64,000 bases of DNA. It comes from Pelagomonas calceolata (taxonomy: Eukaryota). The DNA lies in the NCBI GenBank assembly GCA_918797485.1, contig CAKKNE010000001.1, positions 744,001 through 808,000 on the forward strand, given 5' to 3'. Numbering within the stretch: position 1 is the first letter of the stretch; each line of letters starts with the position of its first letter. Position numbers and translations under genes: made by a program. The notes below the pieces were generated by a model that was given only the letters and a program-made list of their open reading frames with translations, did no database searches and was not told the DNA's origin. Of the stretch, positions 1-10,012 are shown piece after piece.

Positions 1-1002
1 ATTGGCAAGGGCATCGCGCTGGAGCTCGGCGCCGCCGGTTGTACAGTATACTGCGCCGCGCGGTCGTCTCGACAGACGGGTTTTGTTTCGGATGATCGAC
101 CCGTCGCGGCGAGCGTCGGTGAATTGACGGTGGAGCAGACGGCCGAGGACGTCACTTTGAATGGTGGCAAAGGCATTCCAGTGCCCTGCGACTGCTCCGA
201 CGAGAAGGCCATCGAGGAGGTCATCGCGAGGATACGTAGTGATGAAGGGAGACTCGATGTCATTGTCCCGTCAGCGTTTGCCACACCCCCGAAACTAGCC
301 GATGCCGCATTTCGTGATGATTTTTGGAAGCAGGGCATGGAGATGTGGGACTGCTGCCACGGGGTCGGTTTAAGGGGCACCTACGCTACTCTGCTCAAAG
401 CGACACCGTTGCTCATCGAAACCGCACAAAAATACGATACAAGGCCGCTCGCTTGTTTAATCTCTTCCTTCGGCGGCCAGGCGTACACGTTCAACGTGGC
501 CTATGGGGTCGGTAAAGCGGCTACGGACCGATTAGCGAGGGATGCTTCCGCTCAATTATCAAAACATGACGTCGACACGATATCCTTGTATCCTGGTGTT
601 GTTGCAACTGAAGGCAACCTCGAGATGGAGGAACGCGGCGAGTGGGCCGCCGCGTCGGGTGGCTTGGATCTGGCGAAGGCCGAGTCTCCTAGATTCTCGG
701 GGCGGGCGGTCGTCGCATTGTTGCGACAACCGGAGTACTGCTCCGAAAACACGGGGTCGTACCAGGTCGTGTCCGAGCTGGCGTCGCAGTTTGATTTTAC
801 GGATGTGGATGGGCGGCGGGCGCCGTCCATCAGGTCGCTGCAGTATTTGGTACCGAACTTCCTGCTGACCGACGCGAAGATTGCTGACATGCCAGCGTGG
901 CAGCGGGGGTTGGCTCGGCGGTTCCGGGACGAGTGGACGCCCGATTATTTGCTGCCCTGGGGCGTGTTCTCCGGGGGGCCGCCGCCGGAGAAGACGTCAT
1001 AA
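1..1002 (+). CDS. Short-chain dehydrogenase/reductase, DHRS1-like (5' end outside window)
   Basis: Frame is open from base 1 (IGKGIALELGAAGCTVY, end of the Rossmann TGxxxGIG motif). Contains catalytic YGVGK and DHRS1-like ISSFGG..Y.FNVAYGVGKAA and ESPRFSGRAV. Confidence 0.9.
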   Translation: MGKGIALELGAAGCTVYCAARSSRQTGFVSDDRPVAASVGELTVEQTAEDVTLNGGKGIPVPCDCSDEKAIEEVIARIRSDEGRLDVIVPSAFATPPKLADAAFRDDFWKQGMEMWDCCHGVGLRGTYATLLKATPLLIETAQKYDTRPLACLISSFGGQAYTFNVAYGVGKAATDRLARDASAQLSKHDVDTISLYPGVVATEGNLEMEERGEWAAASGGLDLAKAESPRFSGRAVVALLRQPEYCSENTGSYQVVSELASQFDFTDVDGRRAPSIRSLQYLVPNFLLTDAKIADMPAWQRGLARRFRDEWTPDYLLPWGVFSGGPPPEKTS

Positions 1003-1450
1003 GTTTATGTTTAGGTTACTTGTGGGCTTGTCGTTCACGGCGCCGCGGGGCCTTTTGCGTCTTGTGGCTCGCGGCGACGGCGTGCGCGGCGGGGCTTACT
1101 CAGGCGGCGTGATCTTTTGAGCACCGGAGTGCTGCGAGAGCTCCGGAGACCGCCGGGACGCCTAAAAGCGCAAAAAAGGAGCTGCTAAAAAATGCTAAAA
1201 CGCAACTGCGGGTGTCGAAACGACGCCGCTGCGCTCGCTACGGACAAACCAGTCGTCTCACAGCGGCACCACACCGCAGCGGTCGCGATCTAGCCGCAAA
1301 GCGGGCCGAAATCGCCGGCACAGCGGCTGAGAACGACGCAACAGCGGCCCGAACATTCAGCGCCTCTAAAACGCACCGTTGGGCCGCACGGACGTACAAG
1401 ACGCAACCCAAAGCGCTGCCGCAGCGCGCACACCCCACCAGTAACAAAAA

Positions 1451-2623
1451 ATGGCCGGCGACCCGCTCGCCGCGCGCCTAGCCGAAATCGCGGTCGCGCC
1501 GGACGCCGAGAGGCACCGCCTCCGCCAGCGCTGCGTCGAAACGTTCGCGGCCGACGCGCGTTATAGGGGAGACGAGCGCTTCGCCCGCGTCTGGCTCGCG
1601 CTCGCGGCCGCGAGCCCCGACCCCGGCGCCGTCTTTGACGCGATGGCGCGGCATCGAGTGGGAGAGAGCCTCGCGCTCGTCTGGGTCGCGCGGGCCTTCG
1701 TGGCCGAGAAGGCGAAGAAATTTGCGGAGGCGGACGCGCTGTTCGCGCGCGGGCTGGAGATGAAGGCAGCTCCACAGGATTTATTAGTGAAGCGGCGGCG
1801 CGAGTTCGAACGGCGCATGCGGCGCCACTGGCTCAACCAGCAACAGGCGCCTCCGGAGCCGCCGACGCCGCCGCGTGTTGTTGATGAGGATGCTACGGCC
1901 ACTGCAACTCAAGTCCTCGCGCTGCACAAGGCCACAGCACAACCGTTCGCCATCTTCGACGAGGCGCCGGCGCCGGCCTCATCGTTCGCCATCTTTGATG
2001 ATGACGCGGGCGGCGTCGCCGACGAGCAGGCCGCGGCGGCCGGTGGCGACCGTGCGGTAGCGGCGCCCGCGGCGCTCGCGGCCCGCTTCGACGCCGAGGC
2101 GAGGCCCACGCCCGTCATCTTCGAGGACGCGCCGGCGGCGCCGAAGCCGACGCCGGGGGGCTTCCGCATCTTCGAGGACAATAGTGATGCCCCGCCGAAG
2201 CCGACGCCCGCACTCCGCGGGCCGCGCGTCGCCATCTTCGAGGACGCGGCCGCCGCGCCCGCCGAGGCCGCCCCGCGGGGCCGCGTGGCCTTCGCAGTCG
2301 AAGAAGAGATCAGCTTCGAGGAGCGGCGCGCGCGCGTCGGGCCCCAGGACCGAATCGCTGCGATCCAGGCTCCCAAGACGGCGCGGCGGGCCTTCGGCGA
2401 GCTCCAGGCGGTCGATGAATCGATGGTGATGACGAATATGAAGCCAAAAAGGTTGCTCTTCTCGACGGCGTCGAAGCGGGCGCCTCAAACATTAAGAAGG
2501 GCGGAGAAGGAGGACCTCACGATCAACTCGGCGATCGCGCTCCGCGAGATGGACTCGCTCTTCGGCTCGCCGGCTTCGAAGCCGCCCGAGACTTGTAGAA
2601 GGGCGATCTTCCGGGACGAATAA
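1451..2623 (+). CDS. MAD3: Mad3/BUB1-family spindle checkpoint protein, kinase-less
   Basis: N-terminal Mad3/BUB1 TPR region (RY.GD.RF.RVWL...VFD.M....VGESLAL.W...A), several ABBA-like motifs (FAIFDE, FAIFDD, FRIFED), GLEBS-like EEISFEERRA and CD1-like TINSAIALREMDSLF. Confidence 0.8.
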   Translation: MAGDPLAARLAEIAVAPDAERHRLRQRCVETFAADARYRGDERFARVWLALAAASPDPGAVFDAMARHRVGESLALVWVARAFVAEKAKKFAEADALFARGLEMKAAPQDLLVKRRREFERRMRRHWLNQQQAPPEPPTPPRVVDEDATATATQVLALHKATAQPFAIFDEAPAPASSFAIFDDDAGGVADEQAAAAGGDRAVAAPAALAARFDAEARPTPVIFEDAPAAPKPTPGGFRIFEDNSDAPPKPTPALRGPRVAIFEDAAAAPAEAAPRGRVAFAVEEEISFEERRARVGPQDRIAAIQAPKTARRAFGELQAVDESMVMTNMKPKRLLFSTASKRAPQTLRRAEKEDLTINSAIALREMDSLFGSPASKPPETCRRAIFRDE

Positions 2624-2630
2624 GAAGTTA

Positions 2631-3596
2631 CTAAGCACACGCCGTCAGGACCCCCTCGAGCCCCTTCTTGCGCCGCGGCGCCGTCGCGTCTTCGGACAGC
2701 GCTTTCGAGGGATACCCGTACCAGATCGCGCCCATGAGCTTCTCGCCGCGCCCGGCGCCGACGCACTCGAGGACGGCCTCGGGAGGTGCGCCGAGGGCGC
2801 CCGTCATCCACTTCGATGCGATGCCCTCGCTCGCTAACGACAGCATGAAATTCTGCACCGCGCACGCCGTCGCCGCGTGGTCCTCGAGGCCGAGCTTCTC
2901 CGTGAGCTTGTGCTCCGAAGCCAGCGTCACGATCAGCCACTCGGGCACGGCCTCCGCGGCCTTGCGTTTATCTTCGTTCAGGCCGCAGAGTTTGGCCTTC
3001 GTCTCGGGGCCGCACGTGTAGAAGCGCCACGGCTCCGACAGGAAGTGGTTCGGCGCCATGATCGCGGCCTCGAGCGCTCGCTGCGTCGCCGCCTTCGGCA
3101 CGCGCTTCGAAGAATACTTGACGACTGACCTCCGCGCCTTGAGCGGGTTCAAGCTACCGGCCATAACCTTGCGGATGACCAGCACGCCGGCTAATAAATA
3201 CGGCCCTTCGACCCCGAAGTAGGCGCCGAGCCCGAGCGGCGGCGTCTCCGACGTGAACTCCATCGTGTGGTAGTAGATCAGCGCGTACATCTTGGCACCA
3301 ATGAAGAGCAAAATGGGCGCGCGCAACTTCGCCCAGCCGTCCGTGAGCGCGGCCCACAATATCACCAAGTACCCGACGCAGAAGGCGTATGCGCTGAAGC
3401 ACGTCGCGAGGCGGAGCCACTCCGGCCGCGCGAGGAAGAGCGGGTTGTGCGCGGTGCAGAACTCGTGCGTCTCGGGGCAGAGGAAGCAGTCGCTCCCCTC
3501 CGTGATCGGCGCGGCGCAGTAGCTGCGCTCGACGGTCCAGTTCATCGTGATGAAATAGAGCTGGAGGCCCGCGAGGAAGAGATCGGTGGCGTCCAT
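2631..3596 (-). CDS. EXPERA-like membrane domain fused to a nitroreductase-family domain
   Basis: N-terminal ~145 aa with about 4 hydrophobic helices and NPLF.ARP.W / GPY motifs typical of EXPERA. C-terminal RRSV.KY...APNHFLSEPWRF...AVQNFMLSL...GI.SKW.TG is a nitroreductase signature. Confidence 0.75.
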   Translation of the reverse strand: MDATDLFLAGLQLYFITMNWTVERSYCAAPITEGSDCFLCPETHEFCTAHNPLFLARPEWLRLATCFSAYAFCVGYLVILWAALTDGWAKLRAPILLFIGAKMYALIYYHTMEFTSETPPLGLGAYFGVEGPYLLAGVLVIRKVMAGSLNPLKARRSVVKYSSKRVPKAATQRALEAAIMAPNHFLSEPWRFYTCGPETKAKLCGLNEDKRKAAEAVPEWLIVTLASEHKLTEKLGLEDHAATACAVQNFMLSLASEGIASKWMTGALGAPPEAVLECVGAGRGEKLMGAIWYGYPSKALSEDATAPRRKKGLEGVLTACA

Positions 3597-3783
3597 GGTC
3601 GTGACCGCTCAAACAGCTGCGTTGGCTATCTTGTGAAGCGTTGACGGCGTGTCCGTGCCGTGGGATCGCTTGCGCGTCTGCTGAGCCACGATTTGCGAGG
3701 CAGCTCTCAGCCAAAAGCAGAGCTTTTGAGATCTGGGCCCTAAAATCGACTCTGGAGACGCGCCCAGCTCTTCGGGAGCAGTA

Positions 3784-4635
3784 ATGTATCGATTGATTTG
3801 CTTCGTTGCAATCAGCGCGCGCGCGTTCGTCGCTGGGCCGCACAAAGCTCTGCACAGCGCATGCACCAGCAGCAAGACGCCGTCGACGCGCCGACGGCGA
3901 AACACGTGCCGCCGCGCGAAAGCCGACGCCGACGACGCCGTCGAGGACCTGATCCGGCGGGCGCGCGCGCTACGCGCCGACGCGGCTCAAACGGAGGCCG
4001 CACTGGTGGAAGAAACCGTCCTCGACGACGAGTCCGCCGCGAACTACGCCGACGAGCTCGGCCTGGCCGACGCCGTGCTAGAGGAGCGGCGCAAGGAGGC
4101 GCGGAAGCTCGCCGCGGAGATGCTGAAGCAACCGGAGGACAAGAGCAAGTGGCCCAAGTTTAGTGGAAACAACGAAGCGCCCGAAGAAGATGATGGGAGG
4201 GGCCTGTTCGGGGCCGCGTTGCAGGGCGGCGTGCTAGATAATGTGTTCGGCGGGCCGGCGCCGCGCTTCGAGCTCACGGCGGAGAAGATGGAGGACCCCG
4301 AGCTCCAGAGCGTCGTGCGGCGGCAGATGGTCGACGCCTTCGACAATCGGAGGGAGGACGAAGTGGATTTGATGTTCGCGCGGCTCTGGCACGCGGGGCC
4401 GATCAAGACGGTCAAGAAGCTCGTGGAGGCCGTGCTAGATGCGCAGGACGTCTACCAGGCCTACTCGGATGATTTGCTCTCCGACGAGCGCGCGGCGGAC
4501 GAGATAAGATGCTGTCGCTCTCGAATAAGGATGTACGCGAAGGACGCGGAGTTCCTGCCGAACGCCGACGGGTCGCCGGCGTCGGACACGTGGGGGTCGC
4601 TCGACGACTTCATTCCCTGGCGCTGGCGGCCGTGA
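3784..4635 (+). CDS. Hypothetical protein with signal peptide plus plastid-type presequence
   Basis: MYRLICFVAISARA-FV resembles an ASAF-type bipartite presequence. Coding-like GC3 bias; no recognised domain. Confidence 0.65.
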   Translation: MYRLICFVAISARAFVAGPHKALHSACTSSKTPSTRRRRNTCRRAKADADDAVEDLIRRARALRADAAQTEAALVEETVLDDESAANYADELGLADAVLEERRKEARKLAAEMLKQPEDKSKWPKFSGNNEAPEEDDGRGLFGAALQGGVLDNVFGGPAPRFELTAEKMEDPELQSVVRRQMVDAFDNRREDEVDLMFARLWHAGPIKTVKKLVEAVLDAQDVYQAYSDDLLSDERAADEIRCCRSRIRMYAKDAEFLPNADGSPASDTWGSLDDFIPWRWRP

Positions 4636-4816
4636 GCTTTGTTTGTTGTGGTGCGGTCGTGCGGCATAGCTGCGCGCGCCGATGGCGTAATTTGGTACAG
4701 AAATACGTGATTAGTCACAACGGGGCATCGTTTGGCAGCCACTGGTGTCGCGCGGCGGGACGCCATCGCCGCGACACTCTCGTGATTGCTGCGTCGCGTC
4801 GATGGCGTGCCGGCAA

Positions 4817-5554
4817 CTAGTAGTCCCCCTTCTTGTCCGCCGGCGTGTCGTAGCAGTGCGGGTACGAGTTCTTCCACTTCGCCCACACACTATCATCGGT
4901 CACGAGGTCGGCCATGAAGGCCCCCACGTTGGCCCGGTGCGTCTTGAAGCCGCTGAAAGCCCCCCCCTGCAGTACGGCGTGGCATTCATACGGTACCTCA
5001 CCACCATCCACCATGTCGGCCGGGCGCACGGCGCAGAACTCGATCTTTGCATGAGCCTTCTCGAGCTCATCAATGACGGCCATGTTGTCCGCGTGCGGCG
5101 GCAGCAGGCACTTCAGCGTGCTCAGCAACGCCTGTTCGCCGCAGCCGCGCGGCGGATCCTTACTCATGGGTTGGTCGACGCCCTCCGTCGACACTACAAT
5201 AAGTTTAAGGGGCTTGGCTCGTCCGGACGCGACGGCCACGACCCTAGATACCGTGTCGGCGCACAATCTACGGGGTTGGCCGTACATGCCCTTGAAGGTC
5301 AAATTGTGTCCTAATACAGACACGACGGCGTCGGCGCCGTCGACCAGGGCACTGAACGCGCCGTCGTCCATGCTTAAATGTCCGTCAGGGACGACGACGA
5401 TGTCTAGATTGCTCTTGCCGCGGCAGCCGGCCGGCAGGCGGTCTTCCGACCGCACGACGGCGACGCACTGGACGCCTCTGTCTAACAAGTTGCTTAAAGC
5501 GTGCTTGCCGCAGCCACCGGTCGCGCCGAAGATGAGGACGCGGGTTGGCGCCAT
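4817..5554 (-). CDS. NAD(P)-binding Rossmann protein (flavin reductase/BLVRB-like)
   Basis: VLIFGATGGCG...AVVRS, ADAVVSVLG, AVRP, and RANVGAFMADLV motifs. Confidence 0.85.
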   Translation of the reverse strand: MAPTRVLIFGATGGCGKHALSNLLDRGVQCVAVVRSEDRLPAGCRGKSNLDIVVVPDGHLSMDDGAFSALVDGADAVVSVLGHNLTFKGMYGQPRRLCADTVSRVVAVASGRAKPLKLIVVSTEGVDQPMSKDPPRGCGEQALLSTLKCLLPPHADNMAVIDELEKAHAKIEFCAVRPADMVDGGEVPYECHAVLQGGAFSGFKTHRANVGAFMADLVTDDSVWAKWKNSYPHCYDTPADKKGDY

Positions 5555-5815
5555 CTCAATAGAGTGTTTGCTGGTCTACGGTGCGCGAGAGGCACGACGA
5601 GAGCTGTAACTCGCCACGAGTGCGAAGGTGGTATCGTGGAGAGTGTGATGAACAGCCGTCGCGCTGTGTTGCGCTCCCGCTGCCGTCGTTCAGGCTCAAT
5701 CAATGCGGAGAGGTTGGACTTTTCTCCCAGCTGGGGCCGGATAACAGGAGCGGCCGATACGACTCGCTTTGAACGTGCAATCGACAGCTTGTACGCATAA
5801 ATCAAAGGGAAAAAT

Positions 5816-5836
5816 CTAGTGGTGTAGACATACTAG
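5816..5836 (+). promoter_or_regulatory. Bipartite CTAG element (variant) in divergent promoter
   Basis: CTAGtggtgtagacataCTAG between the starts at 5554(-) and 6240(+). Confidence 0.5.
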
Positions 5837-6239
5837 TGGTGGCACTTGCATCGTAGCACAGCCAGGATCCAGGTTGGTCTGGCTGGACGCAGGCGGATAC
5901 AGATTAGCGTGCGCTTCACAGCGTCTTACTACGTCGAATCGCGCTCGTGCGCATCGCAACGCCAGCTCTCTTGGATAGCTGACGTGGGCGACGCATCTTC
6001 GCCTTGGGAGGCTTGTAGCTAGCAGCCGCCGCGCAGCGAAGCCGTAAAAGAGTAGACGAGTGTGTTGCGGCGATGGCGTACTGCCGCGACTGCTCGTCTC
6101 CCAGCACGCCGCCGCGACCCCCTACACAAGAAGGCACCGCGCCTCGAGACGCCGCCCTCGGGACGGGGTGGAAGTAACCGATCGACCGACGCCACGCCCC
6201 GCGCAGGTCTACTGCAGCAGCGATACATAAAACGCAAAG

Positions 6240-7343
6240 ATGGCGCGGCGATTATTAGCGTTGGCCGTAAGCGCCACGGCTTTACAAGCCCCGCACGCCA
6301 AGGCCCCGACCGCGCCTCTCCAAGCCACGGCGACGGCCCCGGCGAAGACGGGCCCGACCTGGGACGACCACGTCGCCATCCCGGAAGCTCCCGACACGAT
6401 GGTCAAGGGCGTCGAGGGCAACGACTCCATGCGGCGGAAGTTCGAGCAGATGCTGCGCGAGGCGCAGAACAAGATCTGCTCGGCGGTAGAAGAGCTCGAT
6501 GGCGAGGGCACGTTCCGCCAGGACGTCTGGGAGCGCGAGAACGGCGGCGGCGGCATTTCTAGGGTCATGGCCGGCGGCAAGGTGTGGGAAAAGGCGGGCT
6601 GCTCCCTTAGTGTTGTGTACGGCTCCATGCCCCAGGAGGCGCTCGCGTCGGCGACGGAGCGAGGAGTAGATAGGGCCAAGGGCATGGAGCCGGGCGAGCG
6701 CGTGCCGTTCTTCGCCTGTGGACTGTCGAGTGTTATGCACCCGCGGAACCCGATGGCGCCGACGATGCACTTCAACTATAGATATTTTGAGACGGACGGC
6801 GGCGTCTGGTGGTTCGGCGGCGGCACGGACATTACCCCTGCTTACTTGTTCGAGGAGGACATGGCGCACTTCCACGGGACCTATAAAGATATCTGCGACA
6901 AGCACGACCCGGAGTACTACGCCAAGTTCAAGAAGTGGGCCGACGACTACTTTCTGATTAAGCACCGGGGCGAGACGCGCGGTCTCGGTGGCATTTTCTT
7001 CGACGACCAAAATAACAAGAGCCCGGACGAGCACTACGCGTTTTCGAAGGAGTGCGTGAACGCCGTGACCGATGCGTATCTGCCTATTGTTGCTAAACGC
7101 AAGGACGCGCCCTTCACGGAGCAAGAAAAGGAGTGGCAGCTGATGCGGCGGGGCCGCTACGTCGAGTTCAATCTGGTCTATGACCGAGGGACCGTGTTCG
7201 GTCTCAAGACCGGTGGTCGTATTGAGTCCATTCTGATGTCGTTACCCGAAACAGCCAGGTGGGAGTACGACCACACGCCGGCCGAAGGGTCGCGCGAGGC
7301 GGAGATCTTGAAATGCTTCAAGACGCCGCGGGAGTGGGTGTAG
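6240..7343 (+). CDS. hemF: Oxygen-dependent coproporphyrinogen III oxidase, plastid-targeted
   Basis: [71 protein letters not shown], and an N-terminal signal/transit peptide. Confidence 0.97.
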   Translation: MARRLLALAVSATALQAPHAKAPTAPLQATATAPAKTGPTWDDHVAIPEAPDTMVKGVEGNDSMRRKFEQMLREAQNKICSAVEELDGEGTFRQDVWERENGGGGISRVMAGGKVWEKAGCSLSVVYGSMPQEALASATERGVDRAKGMEPGERVPFFACGLSSVMHPRNPMAPTMHFNYRYFETDGGVWWFGGGTDITPAYLFEEDMAHFHGTYKDICDKHDPEYYAKFKKWADDYFLIKHRGETRGLGGIFFDDQNNKSPDEHYAFSKECVNAVTDAYLPIVAKRKDAPFTEQEKEWQLMRRGRYVEFNLVYDRGTVFGLKTGGRIESILMSLPETARWEYDHTPAEGSREAEILKCFKTPREWV

Positions 7344-7801
7344 ACATTGATTGAGAGGGGTTATCTTCTAAGCATCTTACGTCGTATTTCCTTGGGGGCG
7401 GCGCTACTCGTTGTTTTGGCCGCGTTGGCCGCGTCGGCCGCGCGCGATCCTGCGGAGGCGCCTCGTCGCCGAATCTAGTGCTGCAGACGAGTCGCGTCGA
7501 CGGCGTGGAGGGGTTCCGGATGCGTCCGTGGTCACCGCGACGCGCGGCCCTCTCCGATGCCGGCAGGGCTTGCCGCGGCATTTAGGCACCGCAAAGCCGG
7601 CAGCGAGCTGCCGTTTTGAGAGTGGTTGACACGTGTAAGTCGTCGCCACTTGTCATAGATCGAATTGCTGCAGCCGACCGCGCTCCGCGGCGACAGGCCA
7701 GCAAATAGATTAATTGAGAGCCAAAGCACACAGCCTCAGGAAGCGGAGCCCGGCACACGCCAACGCCGCGAGCAGCATCTAAAAAGGCACAGCCAAAAGA
7801 A

Positions 7802-9367
7802 ATGGACCCCTTCGGCCGCCCCGACCCCAACGGCGCGGAAGCTCTGCCCGGCGAAAGCACCAGAGAGTACATCGCGCGCCAAGAAAAATTAAAGACCGAG
7901 GCGAGGGCGCGCATGCGCGCGAAGTTTGGTGGAGGCGGCCTGGGCGGCGTCGGGAGCGACGGCAGCTACCGGGGCGGTACGACCATGCAGGGTGTCGGGT
8001 CCAATAGCGACTACGACCCGTCGACGGGCAAGTACCGCGGCCAGAAGACGGGAATTCAATCTCTTAGGGAGGGCGAGTTCACGTCCGACAACGTCAAGGA
8101 TGCGGCTCTGGAAGCGGCCTCGAAACTCAAGAAATTCGGCGCGAAGCTCGCCGAGGAAGACACCGTGCGGGACCTGTCCAAAACTGCCAAGTCGACCGCC
8201 GCCGGTTTCATGCGCGCGGCCCAGGGCGGCGAGTTCTTCGAGCCGACGGAGGAGTGGAGGAAGTTGGTGCATCGGATGATCCATAAAGATGATTTACCGG
8301 CACCGTCGATTACTGATTTACGAACTCTAACAAGATACATGGGCGACCGTCGGAAAGCTGCGGATATTTTTGACGACATTCGCAAGGCGCTGAAGCCGAC
8401 TCCTGCTTATAGAGCGTTACAGCGAGCGCTGGCTTGCGTCCGCCATCTCGTGGTGAACGGGCCGGAGCACGTGGTCGATCGGGCCTGGCATCTGCGGCGG
8501 GAGATTCAAGATTTAGAAGGCTATGACAGTACGAAGGGCTACTTGGGCACGAGGAACGATGAAGGGCGGTTCGTGCGGGAGAAGGCGAAAGAACTAGCTA
8601 CGCTCCTAGATGACTTCGACCAGATCCGGGAGCTGCGGGCGGATGCCGCTAGGAACACGTACGAGGGCGACCGGAAACCAGCGTACAACGAGGGCGCTTC
8701 CGGTAGGTACGACTCCTACTCGGGTGGTGGTGGCTTCGAGCGCTCGCGGCGGAACTCCTACGACCCCGACCTGCGGGACTCGAGCCCGGTACCCAAGGAG
8801 CCGGAGCCGGCGGCGCCCGTCGCCGATTTATTGGACCTCAATCTAGGCGGTGATGATGATGATTTTGGCGCGTTCGAGACCGCGGGCGCTTCCCAGGCTT
8901 CGGCGCCGGCGGACGACGGCTTCGCGGCCTTCCAGGGCGCACCTGCCGCGGATGATGATTTTGCGGGATTCCAGAGCGCGCCGACGCCCGCGCTGGCGGC
9001 GCCGCCGGGAGACGCCCCACCGGCCGCGGCGACCGACGAGTGGGCGGCCTTCGCCGCCGCGCCGCCGCCGCCGCCGCAGCCGGGCTTCGCTTCGTTTGGA
9101 GCCGCGCCGTCGCAAATGATGTCGGGCGCGTCGCCCGCGGAGCGGTTCATGGCGGACGGCCAGCTGTTTTCTTCCATGGGTGCACCTTCACAGAACGGTC
9201 CGGGCCTCATCCCGCCGCCGGCGAACGGGTTTCCCTCGTACCTGCCGTCGCCCTCGGCGCTGAACGCGAACGCGGCGCCGCCGCCGCGGCAGCGCTGGTC
9301 TTCTAATGCGGCGACGGAGAAGGACGCGTTCTCGGACCTGCTTGGGGGCGAGCTTGGGGGGAAGTGA
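7802..9367 (+). CDS. ENTH-domain clathrin adaptor (epsin-related/CLINT1-like)
   Basis: ENTH-like AL...RHLVVNG.EHVV...DEG..VREKAKEL..LL.D...IRE.R, clathrin box DLLDL, and repeated DDFGAF/DGFAAF/DDFAGF/DEWAAF gamma-ear-binding motifs. Confidence 0.8.
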   Translation: MDPFGRPDPNGAEALPGESTREYIARQEKLKTEARARMRAKFGGGGLGGVGSDGSYRGGTTMQGVGSNSDYDPSTGKYRGQKTGIQSLREGEFTSDNVKDAALEAASKLKKFGAKLAEEDTVRDLSKTAKSTAAGFMRAAQGGEFFEPTEEWRKLVHRMIHKDDLPAPSITDLRTLTRYMGDRRKAADIFDDIRKALKPTPAYRALQRALACVRHLVVNGPEHVVDRAWHLRREIQDLEGYDSTKGYLGTRNDEGRFVREKAKELATLLDDFDQIRELRADAARNTYEGDRKPAYNEGASGRYDSYSGGGGFERSRRNSYDPDLRDSSPVPKEPEPAAPVADLLDLNLGGDDDDFGAFETAGASQASAPADDGFAAFQGAPAADDDFAGFQSAPTPALAAPPGDAPPAAATDEWAAFAAAPPPPPQPGFASFGAAPSQMMSGASPAERFMADGQLFSSMGAPSQNGPGLIPPPANGFPSYLPSPSALNANAAPPPRQRWSSNAATEKDAFSDLLGGELGGK

Positions 9368-9653
9368 GGCGTGGCTCTTAACATCTATGACTGTATTGAT
9401 CCCTCGCGGGGACCGGCGTGGAGATTGTCCTGTGCTATGGTGCTATGCTATATTGTGACAGTGCTAGAGCTAGGACCTCAGGGGCAGTGACGGGTTTTCT
9501 TGGTCAATAATCGCTCGCCTGCTTGCGCTCGTCGCTCGTACGCTTGCGCTCGCCCACGCGCGCAACGACTGACAGTTGATTTGCGCCGCGGGAGCGTCGA
9601 GCGTCGCTCCAGGAGCCCAGAGCTTAGAGACTCAACTCAGGCTTCAGAGAGCA

Positions 9654-9977
9654 ATGACCATGTGGCGGCGCATCGTAACGCTCGAGCTGTTCTGCGACCC
9701 CGTGACCGCCGCGGACGGCCATACGTATGAGCGCGTGGCGATCGAGGAGTGGCTCAAGACGAAGGGGACGTCTCCGATGACCCAGGAGCCGCTGACGGAC
9801 ACGCGGTTGATTCCGCAGTTCACGGTCAAGAAACTCGTATGTGCGTTCATGGACACGCGGCGGCGGTCATCGGTGGACGATGACGACGACGACGTCCCGC
9901 CCACTCCGGCGCCGCGACCGGCGCCGTCCTACGCGGACATGCTGCGGGCCGACGAGTGGCCGTCGCTCGGGTCCTAA
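9654..9977 (+). CDS. Small U-box protein (first U-box residues atypical, possibly N-truncated)
   Basis: TLELFCDPVTAADGHTYERVAIEEWL....TSPMTQEPL....LIP is a U-box core. ATG at 9654. Confidence 0.8.
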   Translation: MTMWRRIVTLELFCDPVTAADGHTYERVAIEEWLKTKGTSPMTQEPLTDTRLIPQFTVKKLVCAFMDTRRRSSVDDDDDDVPPTPAPRPAPSYADMLRADEWPSLGS

Positions 9978-10012
9978 GCTACTAACTAGCCTTACGCACC
10001 CCCCAAATCGAA

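Noticed and set aside
9368..9653. Possible ncRNA, SECIS or snoRNA in AT-richer spacers (also 14370-14570 and 53340-53700)
   Set aside because: I could identify no tRNA cloverleaf, paired C/D boxes, snRNA motif or in-frame TGA selenoprotein partner.
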